Under the pieces are notes generated by a model. That model ran no database searches. It was given only the letters and a program-made list of their open reading frames with translations, and was not told the DNA's origin. DNA of 64,000 nucleotides from a virus (taxonomy: Duplodnaviria > Caudoviricetes): positions 1 through 64,000 of IMG/VR virus record IMGVR_UViG_3300035520_000885, one strand, 5' to 3'. Positions 41,518-50,315 of the stretch are shown here, piece by piece. A program made the translations under genes and the position numbers. Position 1 is the stretch's first letter. Each line of letters begins with the position of its first letter.

Positions 41518-41730
41518 ATGGACGAGAATATTCCTATGCAGCTTCATCTTATAAGAGAAAATGATGAGGTTGACGTTTTATTATTGCCCTATAAGGATGG
41601 ACGTGGGTGGTCTTATGTGAATTTGACCAATCCCCATATTTGTAGCTGTGTATTTCCTGACAAGATTTCGGCGCTGAATGACTTGAATAATCATGAAATT
41701 CACGGTTATAGCACGAAGAATCTAATCTAA
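41518..41730 (+). CDS. Hypothetical protein
   Basis: AAGGAG RBS. Confidence 0.55.
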   Translation: MDENIPMQLHLIRENDEVDVLLLPYKDGRGWSYVNLTNPHICSCVFPDKISALNDLNNHEIHGYSTKNLI

Positions 41731-41745
41731 TGGGAGGAAAACTCT

Positions 41746-42201
41746 ATGGAGGTACGACCCGTTAAAATTGTGACATCGTTTTATCCGGCTATGATTATGC
41801 AAAGCGGACGATACATCGACCTTTGTACATACACCGATATGATGGATGAATGTAACCAATGTCTCGCAACAACAAAAGAAGTTCCTCTTCTATTAGACAT
41901 TGGAGATGGAAAGGCTGATGAACTTTTAAAAGCAAATGATATGAGTGAAATCAAAAAATTTGCTATCGGAAGAGTCACTAAGATTGATTTAGGATTTATA
42001 GAAGCCATTCTCTCAGTAGACCCAGAGAATTTCAAAGGGAATACAAGAGAATATATCAGAATAGCTTCTAGGGCACTGAAGTTAATCTCCAGCAACAAGT
42101 ATTTTGCAAATATCAAGTTTCCTGGAGAATATGACTGGGATTGTATGATTGAGAATGTCGATCCTAAGTTTTTCTATCTGACGGACATTAAAATGTGGTG
42201 A
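41746..42201 (+). CDS. Hypothetical protein
   Basis: GGGAGG RBS. Confidence 0.55.
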   Translation: MEVRPVKIVTSFYPAMIMQSGRYIDLCTYTDMMDECNQCLATTKEVPLLLDIGDGKADELLKANDMSEIKKFAIGRVTKIDLGFIEAILSVDPENFKGNTREYIRIASRALKLISSNKYFANIKFPGEYDWDCMIENVDPKFFYLTDIKMW

Positions 42202-42218
42202 AGAAAGGATGATTCAAC

Positions 42219-42971
42219 ATGGATGATTTTGAGTTGGACTACGGCTACCAGCCGAATGATATTGACTCCGATATTTTTTTGTCTGAAGCTCCTGCTTCCT
42301 TGATGAAAGAGAATATCAAGGCACAGTTCCAGGATCCCCTGGAACATAGAAAAAAAGACCATATGACGACATTCCTTAGGATGTATCAGTACTCTAAGGA
42401 AAATGTCGATGCGTATGAAGATGAAGACTTGGATAGTCTGCATGAATTACGGGATGATTTCTATGTATTCATGCAGAGGATGTTTATGGACTATCTGCAA
42501 CTGGGCTTCGTTAATTTCGATGACATGGGTGAAGACGAGCAAGATTCTCTGATGCACTATACGTATCGTTTCTTTTTGATTAATATTAAGAGAAACTTCG
42601 TCCAGTTTGTGCTTGGCTACATCAATAAGCATCGTGAGCTATTCGAGAATGAGGATAACAAGCGGAAAGACGTTACAACGATGTCTTTCAAGAAAGAAAT
42701 TACAGACCCAACAGACGTTTACGTCCTCTCGAATCTGTACAGAATCATTGACGATATTCTCGGAAATGATGATTTGGATATTGATGAGTTCTTTGAGCTG
42801 TGTGATGAAGACAACTCTTTAGAGACCCGTCTCGTACAAGAAGCCTTTAACAACGATACCATTACTGGTAACTTCCTGCCTCATTATATTGAGATGCTGG
42901 ATGAGGACTTCAAATCTGAAATTGAATCTAAGGTTAGAAATAAGATTTTGAAGAAATATAGAAAGAAATAA
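42219..42971 (+). CDS. Hypothetical acidic protein
   Basis: 250-aa ORF with AAAGGA RBS. Confidence 0.6.
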   Translation: MDDFELDYGYQPNDIDSDIFLSEAPASLMKENIKAQFQDPLEHRKKDHMTTFLRMYQYSKENVDAYEDEDLDSLHELRDDFYVFMQRMFMDYLQLGFVNFDDMGEDEQDSLMHYTYRFFLINIKRNFVQFVLGYINKHRELFENEDNKRKDVTTMSFKKEITDPTDVYVLSNLYRIIDDILGNDDLDIDEFFELCDEDNSLETRLVQEAFNNDTITGNFLPHYIEMLDEDFKSEIESKVRNKILKKYRKK

Positions 42972-43016
42972 AGTCGAAGACACTCTGTTTAATTATTTCT
43001 TAAGGAGGAATATTTT

Positions 43017-43805
43017 ATGTTCGGAAACAATTATGGCAATAGTAGCTATGGGAGCAATAGCTCTACTTTTGGGAGCTTTGATCGCATTAACGTGAATACT
43101 CGTATTAAATCTTTTTACAATGACAAGGCGTGCTTGGCCTTGAGCTTTTGGAATGACAATCTTTCTATCAAGATTAACCCGATTCTGACCATCGGTTTTG
43201 ATGGGAAGCGCCAGTACGACTATAATCGTCGTGGAAATACCACCATTACTGCTGAGAAATGTGTGGCTCTCCGTCAGAAGATTGACGAGCTTATCATGCC
43301 TCATCTGAGTGAGATCGCTCGTGGTGAATATGACGGAACTGTCGCAATTTCTACCATTGCTGGTGGTCCAAGTTCTTGCGCAGTTGGTGTTGGTGTGAAG
43401 AAGGATGAGAATGGCATTTCCAACATCTCTGTCACCATTTACGGCGGAGTAGATTCTAATGGTCGGGCATTGAAGGATGCTACCTATACGTATATCTTCA
43501 GTAAGACTGAGATCATTGAGGATTACGATCCTGACACTGGCGCTGGTACCAAGACCAACGTCGAGGCTGAGTTCCAGTTCTTCTATGATAAGTTGAAGAC
43601 TATCGCTGACATGTTTGGTACTGCTGCTCATTCTGATAAGAGCGATAGTGCTGGCTCTGCCAAGTTCGGCGGAAGAAATTTCGGCACTGATAATGGCGGT
43701 TTCCAGAACTCTTTTGGTTCTACCACTCAGCCTCAGCAGACTCAGGGTACTCCGTCCACCTATTCTGCTCCTGTGAGCGATTTCAATTCTGGCCTTCCTT
43801 TCTAA
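43017..43805 (+). CDS. Putative single-stranded DNA-binding protein
   Basis: Beta-rich core and a G/S/Q-rich tail ending 'DFNSGLPF', like SSB C-termini; lies in the replication cluster. Confidence 0.5.
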   Translation: MFGNNYGNSSYGSNSSTFGSFDRINVNTRIKSFYNDKACLALSFWNDNLSIKINPILTIGFDGKRQYDYNRRGNTTITAEKCVALRQKIDELIMPHLSEIARGEYDGTVAISTIAGGPSSCAVGVGVKKDENGISNISVTIYGGVDSNGRALKDATYTYIFSKTEIIEDYDPDTGAGTKTNVEAEFQFFYDKLKTIADMFGTAAHSDKSDSAGSAKFGGRNFGTDNGGFQNSFGSTTQPQQTQGTPSTYSAPVSDFNSGLPF

Positions 43806-43881
43806 GGAATGAGTCGGTTAAAAGACTCTATGGTTAGTTTTAGCCATAGAGTCTTTTATTTTATGAAAGGAGGCATTCTGA

Positions 43882-44592
43882 ATGGATAATGTAGGAACGA
43901 TATTTTACAATGCAGATTATGTCGTGATAGAATACATGGATTTGATTAAGAGCCCATATCTGGTTCTTCTTGGAGTCTTGAAAGAGAATCCAAGGATTCG
44001 AGAGATTCTGAAGATTGAAGATATCCAGTACTATGATGATGCTGCATTGTGTGAATGGTATATCCAGAGAAAGCATAAAAACTTTCTAATGGATTTATAT
44101 CGTTTTCCGGAGAATCTGGATAAGGACGCAACAAGATTGGATGAGTTACTCAATGACCAAATTTGTTTGACCCCTAAATTCTATGAATACGCCACTCCAT
44201 TGAGAATGGTAGATAGTCTAATATCTATACATACACAGAATATTGCAAAAGGTATTATCATCTATCATCCTCATGATAACGATTTTGCTAAGAAAGACCT
44301 GAAGCAATTGACTGGAATTGATTTTACTTTCATGAGTGATTTCAAGGAAGTCATGAAGAAAGCAGGTCATAACAGCACCTATTTCTTATCAGATATTGAC
44401 CATCTGATGGAAATGAAGGAATATGGAGTTCTGAAGTTTTCTTCAGTAACTCTTCCCATTGAATACCGATACAACAAGAAAAACATGGAAGATATGAAGT
44501 ATGACTTAGTAGAATTGGCACATGAGTGCCCATTCAAATTTTCATACTATCTTGCATGCTCGTATGCAAATACAGGAGGTAGTAAAAAATGA
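43882..44592 (+). CDS. Hypothetical protein
   Basis: AAGGAGG RBS; translationally coupled to the chaperonin gene. Confidence 0.6.
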   Translation: MDNVGTIFYNADYVVIEYMDLIKSPYLVLLGVLKENPRIREILKIEDIQYYDDAALCEWYIQRKHKNFLMDLYRFPENLDKDATRLDELLNDQICLTPKFYEYATPLRMVDSLISIHTQNIAKGIIIYHPHDNDFAKKDLKQLTGIDFTFMSDFKEVMKKAGHNSTYFLSDIDHLMEMKEYGVLKFSSVTLPIEYRYNKKNMEDMKYDLVELAHECPFKFSYYLACSYANTGGSKK

Positions 44593-46514
44593 AGTTTCAA
44601 GATGAAAAAGACGGTCTGACTTTCATTGAAAGCCAATTGGCGACCCCGCCGTGTATCAATGTCATTGATAAAGAGACTTTCGATGAGAGAGTTCATACTG
44701 TGTTTAATATTCTCTGGGAGAAACTCTCCAAGTCTTTCGGACCTGGTGGAGCTGGTACATTCATCTCCATCTATCCGAATTATTACAATACGAAAGATGG
44801 TTTTACCATCATGAAGAATATTGCCTGGGATAAAAAGCTTGACCAGGTAATTTCTGATATGGTAATGACTGTGTGTAGTCGTCTGAATTTCACTGTCGGT
44901 GACGGTACGACCACTGCGACCATTGCCACTAAGAGCACTTATGATGCTTATATGGAGCATGCTGAATTCTTTAAGAAGAATCACATTCTTCCTAGAGAAG
45001 TCCTCAAGGGGTTTGAGAATATCAAAGAAAAGCTTCTGAAGAAGATTGAGGAGCATGCTATCAATATTCGTAGCGATGACCCGAAGGTATTGCGCCAGAA
45101 TATTGAAAAAGTCGTTTATATTTCCAGTAATGGCAATACTGAACTGACTGAGATGATTGGGAAGCTTTATGAGGAGCTGATGTTCCCTGCAATTTCTTCT
45201 GTCATTGCTCAGGATGGTGTCATGAAGGCCAACATCGTAGACGGCTATAAGATTGACATCAATCTGACCGATAAGCTCTACATCAATAACGACAGTAACA
45301 CCATGCGTCTGAATGGCGCTGATGTGATTCTCTTTGACCATCGGGTTGGCCGTGATACCTATGAGAAGCTGTTGAAGCCTCTGTCTGAAGCATCTCGTAT
45401 TCGTGGTCGGCATCTCATCTGCGTCGCACCTTTCTATGATGAGACTGCATTGCAGGGTGTCATTCGTACAGATTTGCTTGCTGAGTATAATAAGAATAAA
45501 GATGTGAATCTGGTTCTTATGGTATGTGCTCGTCCGAGTGGATATGCTCGTACTCAGCTGGATGACTTTGCCATGCTTCTCAACACTACCATGGTTTCTA
45601 CTGCTATGGAAGCAGAGTTGATGGAGATGGTTGAGACTGGTTCTGATGGAATTTACAGTGCTTTCGATCTTGATGCTAGACATATTCCTGGTGTCACGGT
45701 TGCATATCATGCAAATGGTGATGTGAACTCCGAGAGCCTTGGTCTTGCTACATGGAAGCCCGAGATGATTCCTATGGAGTTCAAGCAGTGTGGAGAGAAG
45801 GGTCTTCGGGTTGGATATTGTGATAGTCTCGAGATGGGACTGAAGATGTCCACTTTTGCTGGTTTTTATTATAACGACGATATGTACAAGAAGTACATGG
45901 ATGTCGCAAAAGAGGAACTGGCTGAGATTCAGAAGAAGTGCGAGAACGTTGGGTCTTATTCCTTTGACCTGCTCCAGAAGCAGCAAAGAGTTTATTCTCT
46001 TGGTCTGAAGACTGGTGTCATCGAAGTTGGTTCTACCAGTGAGATTTCTCAGAACTATCTGAAGGATACTGTCGATGATGCCATCAAGGCTGCCGCATCG
46101 GCATACAATAACGGAGTTGTTCTTGGTTGTAATGTGACGATGCTTCAGTGTATTCAGGAATTGAGTGATTCTGAAGATTTCAACACTCCTCTTGCTTCTG
46201 AGCTTCTGAAGATTCTCTACACTGGATTCTCTGCAACCTACAAAACTGTGCTGAGCAATGTCTTTGAAGATATGCCAGTGAGCCAGTTCGGCAAGGAGTA
46301 TGGTGTTGAGATTCACTCCTCTGGTGCTGAAACTGAGAATATTCACGATAATATCGTTCAAGCGTCTGTGAATCTCAGTGAGGTATTCGACCTTGACAGT
46401 TTCAAATTTAGTGATGGAATCATCAATAGTGCAGAGACTGACAAGGAGATTCTCAAAGCCACCATTGATTTACTCAGCCTTCTGATTACAGGCAATCAGT
46501 TAGTTCTGTGCTAA
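44589..46514 (+). CDS. groEL: Phage chaperonin (GroEL-like)
   Basis: 'SFGPGG', 'TKDGFTI', 'VGDGTTTATI', 'DDAIKAA..A...GVVLG'; no GGM tail. Confidence 0.9.
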   Translation: MKFQDEKDGLTFIESQLATPPCINVIDKETFDERVHTVFNILWEKLSKSFGPGGAGTFISIYPNYYNTKDGFTIMKNIAWDKKLDQVISDMVMTVCSRLNFTVGDGTTTATIATKSTYDAYMEHAEFFKKNHILPREVLKGFENIKEKLLKKIEEHAINIRSDDPKVLRQNIEKVVYISSNGNTELTEMIGKLYEELMFPAISSVIAQDGVMKANIVDGYKIDINLTDKLYINNDSNTMRLNGADVILFDHRVGRDTYEKLLKPLSEASRIRGRHLICVAPFYDETALQGVIRTDLLAEYNKNKDVNLVLMVCARPSGYARTQLDDFAMLLNTTMVSTAMEAELMEMVETGSDGIYSAFDLDARHIPGVTVAYHANGDVNSESLGLATWKPEMIPMEFKQCGEKGLRVGYCDSLEMGLKMSTFAGFYYNDDMYKKYMDVAKEELAEIQKKCENVGSYSFDLLQKQQRVYSLGLKTGVIEVGSTSEISQNYLKDTVDDAIKAAASAYNNGVVLGCNVTMLQCIQELSDSEDFNTPLASELLKILYTGFSATYKTVLSNVFEDMPVSQFGKEYGVEIHSSGAETENIHDNIVQASVNLSEVFDLDSFKFSDGIINSAETDKEILKATIDLLSLLITGNQLVLC

Positions 46515-46529
46515 TAAGGAGGTGGCATT

Positions 46530-47429
46530 ATGGATCCCCTAAGTGTATCAAACCAAACTTTGGCTGATTTCTTAAGTCAGCCATTCGGGAAACCGCATGA
46601 TTTGAAGTATCTTGAGTATGATGGAAGATACCAGAAATACAAAAAAGAGAACCGAATTAAAATTGAATCCGCTATCGACATAAAGGATAATTACTTTATC
46701 CATGTGACGGTTCCCTCTGAATCTCAGAAGGGAGCTAGTTACTACGATGTCGTGATTCAATTCATGCCTCCTGATGATGCTGCCAAAAGAGCTCTAAACG
46801 TGGAAAATTACTATGTGCAATTTTTCTCAAATAGCCCTGGCTTTTATTACAAGTATGCTGCTTTGTATAAGCTAGAGGGTTATTTGATTGAAGCTCTCTA
46901 TGATAAGTATCCTCAGGGAGCATTAGACACTTTACCGGAGAAAGCAAATAAAAGCTTTGAGCTTTATTTTGATTCTTCCATTTACTATGCATCTCGTTAT
47001 CTTCTGGATCATAAGATGTTTACTTTAGGTAAATTCAATCTTCGTCTTTTTAAGAAGAAGAGTCCAGAGCGTTTTTTCTCTGATATCCAGGATATTGAAA
47101 CCGTGGGTATTATGAGACAGACAGCAGATTTGCATAAAGCGGTAGAGAAGGAAATTGAGAAAGATACGAAGATGTCTGTCCAACAAGAGGGCAAATTGTC
47201 TAAGAACTCCGTTCTCAAAGACCAAATCTTGCATAGGAAATCCGGTAAAACTTATACTGATAAAGATCCTTCCAATGTCTCTGTAAAGCGAATTACGTCT
47301 TCTAAGAGCACTGTGAAATCGAAAGACATAAAAGGACTTAAACGCGTCTCGGCTACTACGAATACATCTAAGACTAAGTCTTCAGTTGTAAGAAAGAAGT
47401 CATCCAAATCCACTACGAAAAAACCATAA
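46530..47429 (+). CDS. Hypothetical protein with K/S-rich basic tail
   Basis: GGAGG RBS; low-complexity C-terminus. Confidence 0.6.
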   Translation: MDPLSVSNQTLADFLSQPFGKPHDLKYLEYDGRYQKYKKENRIKIESAIDIKDNYFIHVTVPSESQKGASYYDVVIQFMPPDDAAKRALNVENYYVQFFSNSPGFYYKYAALYKLEGYLIEALYDKYPQGALDTLPEKANKSFELYFDSSIYYASRYLLDHKMFTLGKFNLRLFKKKSPERFFSDIQDIETVGIMRQTADLHKAVEKEIEKDTKMSVQQEGKLSKNSVLKDQILHRKSGKTYTDKDPSNVSVKRITSSKSTVKSKDIKGLKRVSATTNTSKTKSSVVRKKSSKSTTKKP

Positions 47430-47527
47430 TGTGAGTAGAAATATATTCATTTTATGCTCGGAAGAGCCAAAGTTTATATATTATACTCACAAGGTCTCAT
47501 GAATGAGAACAAAGGAGGGTACTGTGT

Positions 47528-49093
47528 ATGGCAGCTAAAAACGGAATACCTGGCTGGAAACTAATCACCGAGTGGAAACCTAAGAAAGAGGATATTCTCG
47601 CCACCAATGACGGGAAAATCTTCCTGATGCTTTTTGAAAAAGCAATTCCTACTGAGGGCGGAAAAGTTAGAATCTATGACCAATTCTATATCAAGAAGGG
47701 GTCATATGAGAAACAACTGGAAGTGATCTGTAAGTATATCAACTATTTTCTCAGATACTATGACACTGACAGGGAACTTGTCTTGGCTTACTTGAAGATC
47801 AAGTTTGCTATGGACAAGGAAAAGAGGTTCAATGCAGACAATTATAACCAGTTAATTGATCTGATATATGAAGTTCTTTTTTCTGACAGTATCATTGAAA
47901 AGATCTGTAAGATGGTCGATGACAATTATACTGATGATATCGAGTCATCAGATAATAGGAAGAGTGGTGGAAAAGAAAAGAAGCATCTGGAGAGCCTTGA
48001 ATTTACCAATGCACAAATCAAGGTTCTTCTTAGGATTTCGTTCGGAATGAAGTGCATCAGTCCGATTCTATTCCATTTCGCTGCCATCAATGTCATTAAG
48101 ATTGACAAGGATAGCGACATGATTTACAACTTCTATCAGAAGCTGTTCAAAGTCTTGTCTCCTCCTGATATCAATATCTACAATAAGCTCTTTGTGTATG
48201 TGAAGGCGAAGGTGCTGGAGAGTAAATCTCACAATGCACCTATCTTCGAACAGAGAGACATTATGGGTAGTGATGAATACTCAGTCATTAGTCAATTTCT
48301 TCGGAAGGTACTCATTAGTGAGAACATAGTCAAATACAGATTTGGGGAGAACATCGTAGGCTTCAATAAAACTGTGATCAAATATCAACTCATGTTTTTC
48401 TTGAAGGAGCAGTATAACAAAAACCTCATTGAGGTTACGGCTGCAAAGAATGTCGATGGGCTCTCTGGCATGGATAAACTTGAAATGAACCTTCAGAAGA
48501 TTGATGAGGGTTCTGTACTTCTTGCAGAGATTGGTATCAAAACCACTCTTGAGAGAATCTATCGAGATAATGACTTTGATATTACCGATGACGAAGTCGA
48601 GTATTACAAGAAGAACCTTGTTCTGTCCCCTCTCCAGGTAAATCTTATCTGGAATTACTGGGCCAGTGAATTTGGTTCATTTAGAGACACTTCGCAAATT
48701 GGACGTATGGATTACATCAAGTTACTCTTGATTCTGAAGTACCGTCTGATGATGTCTTTTGGTGTTTCTAACAAGGATGGGTTTAACGATGCTATCGTTC
48801 TTCCCTATCTGATTACTGGAAATATCCAGGATAAAATCAGTACAAGACTTATTAGAAATAGTAAGTTTACTGGTAAAGTTGAAGAGTCTGCACTCTACAA
48901 GAAGCTCAATGAGAAGAAGTATAGTGCATTGTCTCAGATTCGACCGGACTACATCATGTCTCTTTTGTCTACGTTCAATAACACAGTATTCACATATTGT
49001 GTCTATGAGAACCAAGACCTCTTTGGTCAAGTCATTGAATACAATGAGGACAAGGTGTCTGACGAGATGTTGTTCCTGATCGACCAAATCTAA
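47528..49093 (+). CDS. Possible promoter-specificity (sigma-like) subunit of the non-virion RNAP (AR9 gp226/phiKZ gp68-like)
   Basis: 521-aa helical protein two genes from the chaperonin, as gp226/gp228 in AR9; AT-rich early-type promoter upstream. Inferred from synteny and size only. Confidence 0.35.
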   Translation: MAAKNGIPGWKLITEWKPKKEDILATNDGKIFLMLFEKAIPTEGGKVRIYDQFYIKKGSYEKQLEVICKYINYFLRYYDTDRELVLAYLKIKFAMDKEKRFNADNYNQLIDLIYEVLFSDSIIEKICKMVDDNYTDDIESSDNRKSGGKEKKHLESLEFTNAQIKVLLRISFGMKCISPILFHFAAINVIKIDKDSDMIYNFYQKLFKVLSPPDINIYNKLFVYVKAKVLESKSHNAPIFEQRDIMGSDEYSVISQFLRKVLISENIVKYRFGENIVGFNKTVIKYQLMFFLKEQYNKNLIEVTAAKNVDGLSGMDKLEMNLQKIDEGSVLLAEIGIKTTLERIYRDNDFDITDDEVEYYKKNLVLSPLQVNLIWNYWASEFGSFRDTSQIGRMDYIKLLLILKYRLMMSFGVSNKDGFNDAIVLPYLITGNIQDKISTRLIRNSKFTGKVEESALYKKLNEKKYSALSQIRPDYIMSLLSTFNNTVFTYCVYENQDLFGQVIEYNEDKVSDEMLFLIDQI

Positions 49094-49169
49094 ACTTTTA
49101 GGTTGGTGAGTGCTTTTCTAGGCACTCACCAACCTTTTTCTAATCTCAATATGAAAGGAAGCCAACACC

Positions 49170-49526
49170 ATGAGAAACGATTTAGAAATGTTTTCCGCAA
49201 ATCAAGTATACCTGCTGAAAGATGGTACCTTTATCCTGGTCAGTGATGTTGACCCCGTTACGAAGTTCGCAAACAATGACAAGTCACGCAAGGTACACTA
49301 TAAGATTGGTCAGAAGTATGACAAGAAGAAAGTGTTCAGCATGACCTATGGAGTAGAGATTGAAGATGCTTCTACAAATTCTCAAATGATGTTCGATTGT
49401 GCCCAGAGTGGAAATATGTCCATCCATGACCTGAAGAAGGTGGTTGGATGTTATCTGGGCACACTGAATGGTGCCAGTGCAAAACGCTTCGGCACTACAA
49501 ATAGTGAATACGTAAATGATTTATAA
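49170..49526 (+). CDS. Hypothetical protein
   Basis: AAAGGA RBS. Confidence 0.55.
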   Translation: MRNDLEMFSANQVYLLKDGTFILVSDVDPVTKFANNDKSRKVHYKIGQKYDKKKVFSMTYGVEIEDASTNSQMMFDCAQSGNMSIHDLKKVVGCYLGTLNGASAKRFGTTNSEYVNDL

Positions 49527-49592
49527 ATTATACATATAGCGCATATATGTAAGTAACAACACATGCACTTAATTTGAAAGGAGTTCTCAAGA

Positions 49593-50264
49593 ATGTCAGC
49601 TACAATTATCTTAGCAATCGCGGTACTCATCGTTGGATGTATCGGGTGTGCCGCCTATATCTGGTACAAGACTTACCAGTACAGGATGCACCCGACGGAC
49701 GGAACGAATCTGTTCGGAGTTCATGTTCCTATGAATGATTTCTTCTCTATCATCAATACGCTTGCCATGTATGTGTATTGTGATAAGCAAGTAGATTTAA
49801 AGAATTTCTTCGACGCAAGCCTGTTGCAAAATGCAGAGTTGAAGGATTTCAAATTCGTGGAGACTATGATTAATAGCTACCCGCTCATTAAATGCGACTA
49901 CTACCAGAACGGTATCTTTGTGTTGGATGAAGTTGGAACGGCTGAAAAACTCGCTAAGTTCCAAGCTGAGACAGGGACGGATAACTACATACTTCCGCTC
50001 TTTGATATCAGCATCATCCAGAGAAATGCCGATATCTTCAATATCAGCACGAAGTATCAGCAGGCCAAGGTCATTGATAATATCTTGGAGAATAAGGTCA
50101 AGAAAAGATATTTCGAGAACCCTGAAAAATTAAAGAGATTCATCACAGAAAAGATGGAGGACGAGATTCTGGTTGAAAAGAAGGAAACCACGAAAGCCAT
50201 TACCAAATTGGTGACAAAGTTCATTCCTTCTGTCGAGACAAAAGAATCCGTTTCTGCCGAATAA
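49593..50264 (+). CDS. Hypothetical membrane-anchored protein
   Basis: N-terminal transmembrane helix; AAGGAG RBS; terminator at about 50278-50314. Confidence 0.6.
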   Translation: MSATIILAIAVLIVGCIGCAAYIWYKTYQYRMHPTDGTNLFGVHVPMNDFFSIINTLAMYVYCDKQVDLKNFFDASLLQNAELKDFKFVETMINSYPLIKCDYYQNGIFVLDEVGTAEKLAKFQAETGTDNYILPLFDISIIQRNADIFNISTKYQQAKVIDNILENKVKKRYFENPEKLKRFITEKMEDEILVEKKETTKAITKLVTKFIPSVETKESVSAE

Positions 50265-50315
50265 AAAACGGCAGATAAAGAGAGACACTAGAAATTCTAG
50301 TGTCTCTCTTTTTTG

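Noticed and set aside
44547-46361. 604-aa antisense ORF
   Set aside because: Mirror frame of the clearly recognisable chaperonin gene.
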